64,000 bases of DNA from Candidatus Cloacimonadales bacterium (GCA_963665815.1 OY762463.1:608001-672000), one strand, 5' to 3'. Shown: positions 19,679 through 30,616, numbered from the stretch's first letter. Notes: a model not told the origin generated them from the letters alone. Numbers and translations: made by a program.

Positions 19679-20455
19679 TCAATATCTTATCTTTTCTCGA
19701 AACTCCTCAACAATCATCTTCTTAATATTCTCCTTATATTCCTCTTCCTCAGGAGATTTCATTGATTCGGACTTATTCTCCCCGGAAACATAGTAGGTTC
19801 CAAGAACCTTATCTTCTATCTCGTATATCCAGAATGTATCGTCCAGATAGTAGTTCATGCTTCCTAAAGCAAGATAAAAAGAATAGGTTGAGTGAATTTC
19901 TCCTAGCCAACCACCGGGAACAGTGTAAGAACGAGCGGAATTAGAGAGAATTTTATATTTAGTCAAAAGATGATCAGTATTATCTGTACCATCATCCCGC
20001 ATACCTACTATGTACAGTTCATCTGGATTATTTGCCAGTTCCCAGGAAGCATCAACCTGGTTATTGGGATTGTACTTGGGAGTAAATTCCAGATTCACAA
20101 AATTTGAACGACGCTGAAAGTCTACATTTATCGAATCAACCCCGTCAATAACACAATTTATATTCAGCATTTCATCATAATCTGAGTCAATGAGACTATA
20201 TCCTGAATTACCTGATTCACCTATATTAAATCCGACAGGTGTATCGTTTATTATCAAGTCAATTGTTTGAAACTGCGTTTTATCAACTTTATATACAAAC
20301 AGATATGTACTGCTTGAAATCTGCTGAATCTCTATTTCGTACTTTGATCTGTCCTCGCCCAATGAGGTTACTAAATACATTTTGCTTGATTTATCATCAC
20401 TGCATCCTAAGAAAGTAAGGACAACTGCTAACAAAAATATTTTTTTTAACATCAT
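19679..20455 (-). CDS. Lipoprotein (paralog of 18873-19640)
   Basis: Lipobox FLGC; shared motifs as above. Confidence 0.8.
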   Translation of the reverse strand: MMLKKIFLLAVVLTFLGCSDDKSSKMYLVTSLGEDRSKYEIEIQQISSSTYLFVYKVDKTQFQTIDLIINDTPVGFNIGESGNSGYSLIDSDYDEMLNINCVIDGVDSINVDFQRRSNFVNLEFTPKYNPNNQVDASWELANNPDELYIVGMRDDGTDNTDHLLTKYKILSNSARSYTVPGGWLGEIHSTYSFYLALGSMNYYLDDTFWIYEIEDKVLGTYYVSGENKSESMKSPEEEEYKENIKKMIVEEFREKIRY

Positions 20456-20476
20456 ACTTCCAATGGAATATAACTA

Positions 20477-21703
20477 TCATTCAACATCTTCAAATTTATA
20501 ATACATTCTATTGCTATAATTACTTGCACAGTTCTCGGTATCCGTAAATACAGGAACATAGGTAGAATCTTCACAAGCTGAAATTTCTATTCGGCTATAA
20601 TTGTTAGTTTTGTAAAAGGCAATAGAGTTCCATTCATTACTATAATCATACTCAAATCTATCCTCGGTTACCAGGTACTCAGGATTGCCCCGATAACCTT
20701 TTATAATGAAATGTCTGTAAGAACTATTGTTCCACATCATTATTTTCATCATATTTTCCGGTATATTAAAAAGGTAAGTATAATTTCTATCACTTAAATT
20801 GAGTCTCTCAGATATCTCAATATCAGATCCTAATCGTCCATTTTCTGACTTGATTCCGCAAGTTCTCCATGTAACATTAAAAGAGTTCTGATAAAATCCA
20901 ACCGGATAGTATTTACTTTCTACATTTGTGTCAATAAAAAAAGAATCAATGTTTGAAACTTCGACATCAACGCGAGAGTCGAATAGTTGTTTCTGAAAAT
21001 ATATACATCTATTAAAAACTATTTCTCTTTGCAATTCAGCATATTCACCGGTATTATCCCAGCATTTAATTAAAAGATCTTTCTTCCCCGGAGGATGGAT
21101 AAAAACATTCCAACTGGCTGATGTAGGTTGGTTGTTATAAATTTGTCGAACAATTTCATCATTACAATGAACTTCTATATAACCGTGTCCGTTTTCGTCA
21201 AAAACACCAATATCCAGATCTACCAGTCCATATATCGTATCTGCTTCAGAAGAAGGACTATTAAACCATACTTCAGGAGGAACCCCATCTTTACTGCATG
21301 TTGTAAACGTATGGATATCCGTGTAATATCTGATTTCATTATAATTATCATCATCTAATGCAGCATATTCCCAGTAGTACTGAGTATTATTCTTAAGCTG
21401 TATCTCTGCAATATATATTGAGTCTACATCCGACCATATGTCATTTGGACTATCTAAAAACGGCGGATTAGAAGTATCGAGATAGAAATAGTGCTGATTA
21501 GTATTTATGTTTTTTCTTTTAATCCTGAAAACGGGAAATACCGACACACTGTCAGCACCTGCTTCAGGAGCAAATTCAGTTATGTAGTTGTTTTCATAAT
21601 TTGAATAATAATCACAGCATTCATCATAACAACCTGCAAGAATGAACATAACTACAAAGAGCATTAAAATTTTGACTGAAAGTGATAGTTTGAAGATACT
21701 CAT
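20477..21703 (-). CDS. Lipoprotein with FN3/Ig-like domains (paralog of 21700-22956)
   Basis: Lipobox LAGC; 'VSVFPVF...FYL...NPP...LKNNTQYYWE'; Ig-like 'PPEVWFNSPS'. Confidence 0.75.
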   Translation of the reverse strand: MSIFKLSLSVKILMLFVVMFILAGCYDECCDYYSNYENNYITEFAPEAGADSVSVFPVFRIKRKNINTNQHYFYLDTSNPPFLDSPNDIWSDVDSIYIAEIQLKNNTQYYWEYAALDDDNYNEIRYYTDIHTFTTCSKDGVPPEVWFNSPSSEADTIYGLVDLDIGVFDENGHGYIEVHCNDEIVRQIYNNQPTSASWNVFIHPPGKKDLLIKCWDNTGEYAELQREIVFNRCIYFQKQLFDSRVDVEVSNIDSFFIDTNVESKYYPVGFYQNSFNVTWRTCGIKSENGRLGSDIEISERLNLSDRNYTYLFNIPENMMKIMMWNNSSYRHFIIKGYRGNPEYLVTEDRFEYDYSNEWNSIAFYKTNNYSRIEISACEDSTYVPVFTDTENCASNYSNRMYYKFEDVE

Positions 21704-22956
21704 CGTGTCTCCCGAAGTTCAAATTTAACATGGTTACTGCCATTATTCAATCCTGAATCTCTGATAAGAGTTTTTGAAGGTGTATAACTTGAATCCATAC
21801 AGCATTCTAACTGGAAGTAGTCAAATGAAGAAAACTTCAAATAACCCAGATTGTAGACTTCATTATTCCCGGAAGCGAGATGTAGTTTTCTCTTGTATTT
21901 CAAGTGTTCATTTCCGCTGTATGGTACGCCGGTGAAAATAAAATAACTGTAGTTAGATGTGTTAGTAAATATTGATATAAGCCCATACTCATCCGGAGAC
22001 TCAAATCTCAGAGTCTCCCCTATACTGCTGCTGTAAATTGTTCCTGAATGATTTATCACTTCTCCGAACAATAAACCATTATAATTGTTTCCATGCATAC
22101 TATATGTGTAGTTTATCTGATCACAATACTGAGGGAAGTACACTCGAAATTCACAATTGGGTGAAAGACTGAAGCCCTGATTAAAATCAAAATCAAATAC
22201 CATCGTATGATATGTATTGTTATAAACCGTTGTATAATAACTACTCAAAGTCCCATTATTTATTGTTACGGAATCAGTTCCAAAATCACCATCAACCTCA
22301 TAACATATTACTGTAAATGTATTCAAACCTGTTGGGAAATAGTCCAAATCAATAGTAAAAGTTTCATTTTCAGTAACATCATAATTTTCATAAATGATTT
22401 CATTGTTATCATCGATGCACTGCAATAATTCCATTTCTTTTTCTGAAGTGATTTGAACATTAAACTCTACATGATGATGTTCAGTTATATTGCTTTCAGG
22501 ACTTGTAATTTCAACAACAGGGATACTGTCGTCTCTATCAATTGTTGTAAATTCCTGAATTCCTGTTCTGTAAGTACTTGTAAAAATTTTCGTTTTACTC
22601 TCAAGAACTGCTTCCCAGTAATATGTTGTATTATTTTTAAGATTTCTAACTCTAAACTCAGGTGTGTAATTAGTAAAATCAACAAAGTTCAAAGTGTCGA
22701 TAGTTGAAGGTGGGTTTGTCTCACTAAGATAGAATGAATAAGAATAACTGATTTCTGAAAGATTATTCATTTTGAAAACCGGCAATACACTCACATCAAT
22801 TGCAAGACTGTCAGGTTCAAAATCTCTTATAGTGTAAATCCTTTCTAATGGTGGAACATATGGATTTCCATCGTTATTATCATTATCATCACCAAAGTCA
22901 ATATCAGTACAGCCGAAAAGAGCAAATACAATTACGAAAATTAGTAATATTCTCAT
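21700..22956 (-). CDS. Lipoprotein with FN3/Ig-like domains
   Basis: Lipobox LFGC; 'VSVLPVF...FYL...NPP...LKNNTTYYWE'; 'PVVEITSPE'. Confidence 0.75.
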   Translation of the reverse strand: MRILLIFVIVFALFGCTDIDFGDDNDNNDGNPYVPPLERIYTIRDFEPDSLAIDVSVLPVFKMNNLSEISYSYSFYLSETNPPSTIDTLNFVDFTNYTPEFRVRNLKNNTTYYWEAVLESKTKIFTSTYRTGIQEFTTIDRDDSIPVVEITSPESNITEHHHVEFNVQITSEKEMELLQCIDDNNEIIYENYDVTENETFTIDLDYFPTGLNTFTVICYEVDGDFGTDSVTINNGTLSSYYTTVYNNTYHTMVFDFDFNQGFSLSPNCEFRVYFPQYCDQINYTYSMHGNNYNGLLFGEVINHSGTIYSSSIGETLRFESPDEYGLISIFTNTSNYSYFIFTGVPYSGNEHLKYKRKLHLASGNNEVYNLGYLKFSSFDYFQLECCMDSSYTPSKTLIRDSGLNNGSNHVKFELRETR

Positions 22957-22982
22957 AAACCCTCCATCTATATAATAAATTA

Positions 22983-23855
22983 TCAGTTCATATATAAAGC
23001 CGGAATATCCTTCTCACTAATGCTGTTTAACAGAACTTTCTTCTGAAACTCTTTTATTTTCTCTGTGTATTGAATAACATAGGAGACACTTCTCAAGGCT
23101 TGCTGAGAAAATTTGTGGTGTATACCAAAAGCTTTGTTAAAGTTTATATAGCTGGCATCGGGATATGTATTAATAATAGAATTTGCATGTTTCATTCTTT
23201 CAATAAGAAACTTAACTTCTTCATTTACAGCAGTTTTATTAACAAGTAAATCATAAGATGTATATAATGGATATTTCTCAAGAAAGTAATTGCTGACAAT
23301 AGATGAATCAGTGTATTTGAAAGCATCGGGGATATCAAGAATCATAATTTCAAGGTTACCTTCAGAATAAGCTTTTTTCATTTTTCTAACATTCTTGAAT
23401 TGTACGAATTCTGTATCTTTCATGTCCTTACCAATTAAATTACACAATTCTTTCTGAAGTCCTTTATCAACATAACCTACTCTTGCATTGAGAAATGACT
23501 TATCATCTCCGGGATCATTCTTTGCAATGAGGAAATTTCCTCCTCTTAAAACAGGCATTGCCAGATTAACCTTCCCTGAAAGCCTTGTATCTACTGTTCT
23601 GGAAAACGGAAGAACCGCCAAGTGAACCTTTCCTTTTGCCATTGCGTTAACGAGATCATCCTCATTTCTATAGTATTTCATAACAAATTTACTATTATCA
23701 TATTCACTGTCACTAAGAGTCAGGATAACCGTGAAATTTGCTATATTTTTCCTTATCAATCCAATAGTTATCTTTCCATCACTATTACTACTACATGCAA
23801 AAAGTATTGCTGATAAAATAATCATTAAGATTAATTTTGTTCCTGTGTTTTTCAT
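22983..23855 (-). CDS. ABC-type substrate-binding lipoprotein (SsuA/NMT1-like)
   Basis: Lipobox LFAC; 'DLVNAMAKGKVHLAVL' PBP2-type segment. Confidence 0.65.
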   Translation of the reverse strand: MKNTGTKLILMIILSAILFACSSNSDGKITIGLIRKNIANFTVILTLSDSEYDNSKFVMKYYRNEDDLVNAMAKGKVHLAVLPFSRTVDTRLSGKVNLAMPVLRGGNFLIAKNDPGDDKSFLNARVGYVDKGLQKELCNLIGKDMKDTEFVQFKNVRKMKKAYSEGNLEIMILDIPDAFKYTDSSIVSNYFLEKYPLYTSYDLLVNKTAVNEEVKFLIERMKHANSIINTYPDASYINFNKAFGIHHKFSQQALRSVSYVIQYTEKIKEFQKKVLLNSISEKDIPALYMN

Positions 23856-23860
23856 TATGC

Positions 23861-26800
23861 CTACTTATATACCGGAAGTTTTCCAAGTTTTTCTGCTTTT
23901 TTACCAGTGTTAACTGATGTTGCTATCACTTTATATAAATATGTGTTATTCGCTATTTCATCACCATCATCATCCCTGAGATCCCATTCTATCTGATTGT
24001 AACCGCTTGCAAAATCATCCAGTCCTTCAATTGTCTTTATCTTCTTTCCGGTCAATGTATAAACTTTGATCTTCACATTAGCTTTTTCAGATAACACAAA
24101 CGTAAAATTGAAATCTCCTTTTCCGGCAGGACTTGGGTATGGTAAAACATCTGTTACTGAAATATCTGCATCTGCGGATCCACCAGAAACATTACAGTCT
24201 ATCTTTTGAAATCCCGGTTCATTGAAATTATCGAATGCAATGAGATAGAATTCCTGTTTACCTGATGGAATATTCTCAAGTCTGGTTCTCAGTTCACCTC
24301 TTGTATAACTGTTATTGTAATAGTAAAAGTCCTCTGTGACATCCCATAAGTCATTATATCCTGTGAATCCTGCAAGAATCTTGTGTCCTGGTTTGGATAG
24401 AATATTTACACCATTTGAGTCAGATATTTCCGCAATAAGTAAAGGATTACTTGAAATGGACTGCCCCGGCTGATATTCTTTATTCTCAAACCAGATGTTT
24501 ATCTCAGGCTGATCAGTATTAACTGAACCTGTATCCTGTCCTCTGAAAGTCACTTCAGGGTTATAAGCAATATATTCTTCATGAGTTTGCTCGTCTTCAA
24601 GATAGACAATTACTCTACCAAGATCTCCTCCATATATATCAAACGGGACATAGAATTCAACATCATTGAATTCTCCATTAACAACATCTATTGTACCGCG
24701 ATATAGAGCTTTTCCGTTTTTGTAATATGTAACTGCATCATTAGGAGTTCTGTAAATTGTTGAAACGTCAGTATCCATAACAAAAACTGTTGCTTCACCA
24801 CTGATATCATTATTATTGAATGATCCGCTTATGGAAGCTTTGGAAAGAGCTTTTATAGTGTCTGACTGAGCACTGAATGTTACTGTATTGAATTTCTGAG
24901 GAGGATATGATGGAGTATAAGGATCACCAAAAAGTTGATAATAAAGTACTTGTGAACGAGAAGTTGATCCTGATTTTATCTCAAACATCGATTGACCTAT
25001 AGTTTTTCTTTCATTAATAGTTTTTCTAAGTAGAGTTCCAAAAAAAGTTGTATTTGCTCCTCCTGCTGTCGGTCTGGAAGCAGCAATTGACACTATAGAT
25101 CCGCCACTGGGTAACTCATGAATAAGCTCTGCAAGACTGAGTCCTGAATATTTGTCATATAGTCCCACAGAACAAGAAGCTGCCATGAAAACCGGAAGAT
25201 AGTCAATATTATCCAATCTGGCTAAATCAGGTACTGCAAAATACTTCTCATCACCAAGGGATGATTCAGAACCATGACCGTTATAATACCAGTAAAGATA
25301 ACCATCATTCAAGGCATCAACAATAATGTTTCTAACCTGCGGTTTATGTGCAAATTCATCAAGTTCGTATTCAATTGAATAAACTTTGTTTATCATAAAT
25401 GATCTATCAATCACTCCACTGTTACTTTCTGCATTCTCTGTGTGGTATACTTGATCAACCGATCCACCATTGTATTCATCATCAGCAATAATTAGACATC
25501 TGTTTCTCCATAAACCAGTTGCTCTGTCCAGAAAATAGCTTTCTGTTTTATTGATCATCTTTTCAAGAGCTGTTTCACTGATAGCTGAATACCTTCCTGT
25601 CATTATACTTGCCTTTGAATTATTTTCGAGGAAAGTATAAAAGTCATCAGATGCTGTAATACCGTTTGTAAGAATCGGAATAATTACCCTTCTCTTTTCT
25701 GTGTTTGATGAATTTGCAAAGTTTCTCCAGTCTTTTACTCCTGCTCCGAGAATAACAAGACTCTCAAGCTGGTTATGTGTTTCAAGTAGATACTTGCAAT
25801 ATAACTGAACTGCAACAGGATCCGGCATTCCGCAGTTGAACTGATCAAAAACTTTCTGCTGATCAACAACTTTTGCATTTATTCCCATAGATTCTTGGTA
25901 GATATCAACTAATCTTTGACCCTGACTTAGGAACTCTTCAGGAGCAAGTATTATACTCTGGATATTCTCCGTACCGGATATTAAATCTTCTGCCTGATAT
26001 TTGCTGATAGATGCCACACTTTCCAGATCATTCTGATTAACAATATAATATTTCTGCTCAGCATCTCCATTAAATGTAAAACCATCAGATGTTGTTTCAT
26101 AAGGTCTGAGTACAACATCATGAAAATTATCTACTTCAAAAATCAGCATATCAGATTCAGGTGTACCTGTAAATCTATACGTATTTGCAATAGACTCATA
26201 ATCTTTGTTATTTAGCATGAATGTTTCATTTTGATGCTTCACAAAGCTCTGCATGTAAGAGAATTGTAGATAATCAAGATAAATAGAAATACCTGCTGCA
26301 CGAGTAACTTTGATTTTTACATTATTATTACCTTCAGTCAGAAGGTCTCCTTCTTTAATGAATCTGAGGGCATTTGTTGTGTTAACCATACCTTCATAAG
26401 TACTTTCACCGAATATCTGGTTATTATTAGAGAAAACTTCTATTTTATGGCTGTAGCTTGAATTAGAGCCATGCTCCTGTCTTACGCGCATAAACATCGT
26501 CTGGGGATCTGTTGTAACAATATCCTTTATGGGAATGTCATAATCATGATTAGTAATCAGGTTACCGAGATACGCAAAGTTATCGGAGTACCATTCTAGA
26601 GTATTATAATAGTATTCTACAGCTTCCTGCTCATATCTGTATGTTGCTTTATGCTTTTCCTGAGTATATTCCTGCATTGATATTGATTGAGTCTCAATCC
26701 TTTCTGATGGTTCTGAATCTGAATCCAATTGCAGCCAGTAAACACCATTAGCGGAATAAGGATTAAAATAACTTTCGTCATTAAGATTTTTATCACCATC

Positions 26801-27733
26801 TCTGTTCTCAGCATAGAATAGAATGTAATCTCCTGAATCAAAACTGTGATCATCTTCCCCACTGATCATTAATGGAATCTCTTCTATTGGTAATCCGGTA
26901 TTAGTATTGTATGTACCCTCATTCTTTACTTCCATCTGTCTTCCGCTGTTAGAGTACATTCTGAACTCTGTTGGATCCTTATCAGATAAATTACTGATAA
27001 CATTATTTAACTCACTGTATGTTAATTTATGGATTCCTGTTTCAGAAACTTCTATTTTATACCAGATACTGTGATCTCTGAAGTTCAAATGCTCAACGGT
27101 TGATTCTCGCATTGTATTCCATGTACGTAATCCTTCCGGATTAATAAAATTTCCTGCAACTGTTTTAACAATGGTTTCAGAAATCTGACCTGTTTGAATG
27201 CCTCTGCTTTCTCCTGCAATAGTAACTTCCAGAGTTAAACCTGTATATACTTCAAGATCACCTGAACCTGCATTATATATAAAAGGATGAATTTCTATAG
27301 GTATATATTCTGCATTTCTGAATTTTGCTTTAACTCCAAGCTTTATAACTTGCTGAGCAGATGAATTCTTATCAGAATCTATATTGTATACAGGAACAAA
27401 ACTTTCACCGTCCTCTTTTATGGATGGATGAGGTTGAGGAGGAAGCTCAAGTTTATGGGTTTTACTTTGCTGATCAATAATCCTGTATGTAATATGACCA
27501 CCGGGAGGAATTACAGCATTCCGTGTAAGATATGGAAGATAGTATTTCCCGGGCACATTATTATAGTCAGCGATATCGCTTTTTATCTCTGTATATTCGC
27601 TATTTTCAAACAGTTGATAATCAATGTTTGTTAGTTCAATCAAAAATCTGTTTTTATCTAATTCTGTAGTTTTTACGTTTACCGCATTAAGTATCGAAAA
27701 CGAAACAAGCATAATTATTAATGCTATTCTCAT
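23861..27733 (-). CDS. porU: Type IX secretion sortase PorU-like C25 (gingipain-family) peptidase
   Basis: C25 propeptide-like N-terminus; 'WYKIEVSETGIHKL', 'YILFYA', 'NPYSANGVYWL', 'FDQFNCGMPDP'; catalytic 'YNGHGS' and 'ASCSVG'; 'D.NGVN...GHKI'; C-terminal CTD-like Ig. Confidence 0.88.
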   Translation of the reverse strand: MRIALIIMLVSFSILNAVNVKTTELDKNRFLIELTNIDYQLFENSEYTEIKSDIADYNNVPGKYYLPYLTRNAVIPPGGHITYRIIDQQSKTHKLELPPQPHPSIKEDGESFVPVYNIDSDKNSSAQQVIKLGVKAKFRNAEYIPIEIHPFIYNAGSGDLEVYTGLTLEVTIAGESRGIQTGQISETIVKTVAGNFINPEGLRTWNTMRESTVEHLNFRDHSIWYKIEVSETGIHKLTYSELNNVISNLSDKDPTEFRMYSNSGRQMEVKNEGTYNTNTGLPIEEIPLMISGEDDHSFDSGDYILFYAENRDGDKNLNDESYFNPYSANGVYWLQLDSDSEPSERIETQSISMQEYTQEKHKATYRYEQEAVEYYYNTLEWYSDNFAYLGNLITNHDYDIPIKDIVTTDPQTMFMRVRQEHGSNSSYSHKIEVFSNNNQIFGESTYEGMVNTTNALRFIKEGDLLTEGNNNVKIKVTRAAGISIYLDYLQFSYMQSFVKHQNETFMLNNKDYESIANTYRFTGTPESDMLIFEVDNFHDVVLRPYETTSDGFTFNGDAEQKYYIVNQNDLESVASISKYQAEDLISGTENIQSIILAPEEFLSQGQRLVDIYQESMGINAKVVDQQKVFDQFNCGMPDPVAVQLYCKYLLETHNQLESLVILGAGVKDWRNFANSSNTEKRRVIIPILTNGITASDDFYTFLENNSKASIMTGRYSAISETALEKMINKTESYFLDRATGLWRNRCLIIADDEYNGGSVDQVYHTENAESNSGVIDRSFMINKVYSIEYELDEFAHKPQVRNIIVDALNDGYLYWYYNGHGSESSLGDEKYFAVPDLARLDNIDYLPVFMAASCSVGLYDKYSGLSLAELIHELPSGGSIVSIAASRPTAGGANTTFFGTLLRKTINERKTIGQSMFEIKSGSTSRSQVLYYQLFGDPYTPSYPPQKFNTVTFSAQSDTIKALSKASISGSFNNNDISGEATVFVMDTDVSTIYRTPNDAVTYYKNGKALYRGTIDVVNGEFNDVEFYVPFDIYGGDLGRVIVYLEDEQTHEEYIAYNPEVTFRGQDTGSVNTDQPEINIWFENKEYQPGQSISSNPLLIAEISDSNGVNILSKPGHKILAGFTGYNDLWDVTEDFYYYNNSYTRGELRTRLENIPSGKQEFYLIAFDNFNEPGFQKIDCNVSGGSADADISVTDVLPYPSPAGKGDFNFTFVLSEKANVKIKVYTLTGKKIKTIEGLDDFASGYNQIEWDLRDDDGDEIANNTYLYKVIATSVNTGKKAEKLGKLPVYK

Positions 27734-27866
27734 TTATCCTCCACAATAATAATCTCTATTAATAATCTTTATCAAAGATTAAGCATATTTTAATCCAAAC
27801 AGAAAATTGACAACAACATTAAAAATGTCAACCTCTAAGAAAAGTTATGTATTTTCTATACAATTA

Positions 27867-27949
27867 TAGAGCTCTGCATAATAGCAAATAAAAACGAGTT
27901 GCTTTGGTGGAAAAAATCGAGTCAACTACTCCATTTAAACAAAGCACTC
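27867..27949 (+). mobile_element. Internally deleted copy of the MITE-like element
   Basis: Left end TAGAGCTCTGCATAATAGC, then AAAATCGAGTCAACTACTCC (identical to the array unit), then a degenerate right end. Confidence 0.7.
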
Positions 27950-28137
27950 AATTGAAATTAATGATATTCTTGCATAATTAATGTAAATGAATTTTTTCCG
28001 TTCATCAGATTTTAATGTAAAATGGTTGTTACCCTGTAAAGTTAACAATATATTTAGTTGCCGCTCCCTTATTTATGGTTTTGAGAAAACATTATCCCTA
28101 TATCCGAAAAATGTATTCTCGGAAATAGCTGATACTA

Positions 28138-28353
28138 TTACATAGCTTTCAGTTCATAATTACCAAAACGATTTTTCAAATGATCATCTAAAACAACTGA
28201 GAGATTTAAAGCAGGGATATCTTTGATGTCAGTTTTGCCATTATACTGATCAAAAATCATTGCCTCATACTTATCTTCTGCAACGTCTCTATCGATAATC
28301 AAAGACCCAACACCTTTCAGCCCTTGTTTAATAAGATAAATACCTTGTTTCAT
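28138..28353 (-). CDS. Small hypothetical protein (71 aa)
   Basis: AGGAG RBS upstream; protein-like composition. Confidence 0.55.
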   Translation of the reverse strand: MKQGIYLIKQGLKGVGSLIIDRDVAEDKYEAMIFDQYNGKTDIKDIPALNLSVVLDDHLKNRFGNYELKAM

Positions 28354-28698
28354 ATTCTCTCCTGTTACTTATTAAACTTAAAATTAAATATCTTGTTACT
28401 GAAAAAATGAATCATTTTATTAACCACTATTTTAAAATAAAATATAAATTACTTTTTTTTATCAGTGAAAGTATCAAAAATTCAAAGTTTTAATTGTAAA
28501 AAAAACTTAGCATTACATATAATTTGAAATGAGATATAAATTTTCCTGCTTCTTCAATTTTTATTTTGTGAATCTGTAACTTATACGTTATCAATTACTA
28601 ATAAAACTCACATATAAGATAATAGAAACTCTTTGAAAAAGCAAAAAAAAGTGAAGATATTTATTGCGTAAAAATAGGGCATTTTTAATTTAGATTGT

Positions 28699-29514
28699 AT
28701 GAGAAACAATGAATTAGCAATTACTTTTGAGTCAAACTACAATATGTTTTTTACGGCAGCCTTCAGAGTTACAGGAAATGTTGAAGATACGGAAGATGCT
28801 ATCCAGAATTCAATGATTAAAGCGTACTTGAATTTGAAAGCTTTTCGATCCGAATCTAAGTTAAGTACATGGATATTCAGAATAATATTGAATGAAGCAT
28901 TAAACCTTTCAAGAGACAGAAAAAAACTACCTACAACAAAATACGCAGAAACTCATAACATGACAGAAAACCAGGTATATGATTATATAAATTCTTTTGG
29001 ATTATGCGATAATAATGTTATAAATGAAAAAACTCGTGAATCCTGTCTGCAAATGTTTATGAATTGCATGCCCGGTTTATTGAGGGTCACATACACACTA
29101 AGAATAATCCTAGAATTTTCTACAGCTGAGACTGCCGAAATACTGAAGATTAGTCAAAATAATGTTAAAACTCGATTATACAGAGCCAGAAAAATCATTC
29201 GTGATCATTTTACAGGTAGATGTTCTCTTATAAAAAAAGATTCAATGTGTAATTGCAGAAGTTATGCAAAATTTCTGGTTCTGAATGACAAAGCTGATAA
29301 ACTGATTCGTGTTGACATCTTGAGAAACGATGAAAAAGAAGCTGTTCTTGAATTTGAAGATGAGATAAAGAAAATAAATGAAATAGATGATTTTTACAGA
29401 AATAGTTTCTGTATTGATAGTGATGACAATTTTAAAAGAAGAATCATAAATATCATAAAATCAGGTGAGTTACGAATATTACAGAACTCAGATCTCAAAG
29501 CTGATAAACTCTGA
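28699..29514 (+). CDS. ECF RNA polymerase sigma factor with Cys-rich C-terminal extension
   Basis: Region 2 'EDAIQNSMIKAY...FRSESKLSTWIFRI'; region 4 'STAETAEILKIS.NNVKTRLYRAR'; tail 'GRCSLIKKDSMCNC'. Confidence 0.92.
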   Translation: MRNNELAITFESNYNMFFTAAFRVTGNVEDTEDAIQNSMIKAYLNLKAFRSESKLSTWIFRIILNEALNLSRDRKKLPTTKYAETHNMTENQVYDYINSFGLCDNNVINEKTRESCLQMFMNCMPGLLRVTYTLRIILEFSTAETAEILKISQNNVKTRLYRARKIIRDHFTGRCSLIKKDSMCNCRSYAKFLVLNDKADKLIRVDILRNDEKEAVLEFEDEIKKINEIDDFYRNSFCIDSDDNFKRRIINIIKSGELRILQNSDLKADKL

Positions 29515-29594
29515 GTTATTTGAAATCAAAATTTAAACTCTTAAGGGAATCCCACACCCGTTTATTCTATGTGCTCTTTAATATATTCGTATCC

Positions 29595-30098
29595 CTACTT
29601 CTTTATAGCCTTTAATCTTTCTAAAACAGAGTCCTTATGTCTTCGGACAAATTCAGATGCCGGCTCGTGTTTACACTTTCTGCATGATACATCATATGCT
29701 GAGTTCATGGTTCCACATTCAGGGCATGTATGCAATTGTTCCATTAATTCATTCCATTCTGTCAGATCTTCTTTTTTTAACAGTTCCAGACTTTCCCATA
29801 ATTCGATTCTGTGAACAGCGTTTTTCTGAAACTCCTCTAATTGTGAACATGGATAATCTTTACACCTTGAGCAAAATTTTACATCTCTGCTCTGGGAGCA
29901 TTTGAGAAATTCACATTCCCGGCATTCAACATATCTCGTATCTGATCCACATCCATAGCAGAGAGCTTCATCAGTACTTATTCCAAGCATATCAGCCAGT
30001 GTTTGCAATCTGACTCTGTCATCTGTAGATGCTATATACAAAGTACAGGCAGCACAATTAAGTCCACAAACAGCAATAAGCTTTTCATTAATATTCAT
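29595..30098 (-). CDS. DUF3795-like Cys-rich protein
   Basis: 'AVCGLNCAAC...CYGC...C..LKC...FC..C..YPC' plus C-terminal CPECG/CRKC. Confidence 0.8.
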   Translation of the reverse strand: MNINEKLIAVCGLNCAACTLYIASTDDRVRLQTLADMLGISTDEALCYGCGSDTRYVECRECEFLKCSQSRDVKFCSRCKDYPCSQLEEFQKNAVHRIELWESLELLKKEDLTEWNELMEQLHTCPECGTMNSAYDVSCRKCKHEPASEFVRRHKDSVLERLKAIKK

Positions 30099-30543
30099 TA
30101 ACAACCCCCTTGGAACTACTCACAATTGTAAATTCTGTATTTATAGCTACCCGTGTACTCAGCATATCTGTAACAGGACATAGATTGTGAATTGCATAAT
30201 CTGAGATCTCGGTAAGCATATCTTTATTTATATCTTCTGAGTTTACTCTGATATGGATATCGATATTTTTTAATGAAGTAGGATGCTCAATTCTCCTTTC
30301 CCCTGAAACGGTTATGAACATACCATTTACAGATTTACTGTATTTACATACGATGATAGCCTTTAATGTTGTAGAAATGCAGCTTGCAACACTCATAAGC
30401 AGCAATTCCAGAGATGTGTAGCCTTCTCCTGACCCCAATGGTGGAAAGTAATCAATAACTATACCGGGATTATCTCTAACAGAACCTTCAAATTTTACCT
30501 TATTATCAATAAGTCTCAATTCACAACTAAGTAAATTTTCCAT
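30088..30543 (-). CDS. OsmC-family protein
   Basis: 'ELLLMSVASC...CPV' two-Cys OsmC signature. Confidence 0.88.
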   Translation of the reverse strand: MENLLSCELRLIDNKVKFEGSVRDNPGIVIDYFPPLGSGEGYTSLELLLMSVASCISTTLKAIIVCKYSKSVNGMFITVSGERRIEHPTSLKNIDIHIRVNSEDINKDMLTEISDYAIHNLCPVTDMLSTRVAINTEFTIVSSSKGVVNEY

Positions 30544-30587
30544 ATTTTCTCCTAATTTTACAGTATGCTAAAATCATTTTTTTAAAA

Positions 30588-30616
30588 TTAGACAACTGAG
30601 AACAAAAAAGGTTACA
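30588..30616 (-). promoter_or_regulatory. ECF-sigma-type promoter upstream of the osmC/DUF3795 operon
   Basis: Minus strand TGTAAC-N16-TGTCTA, 45 bp upstream of the osmC ATG. Confidence 0.65.
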
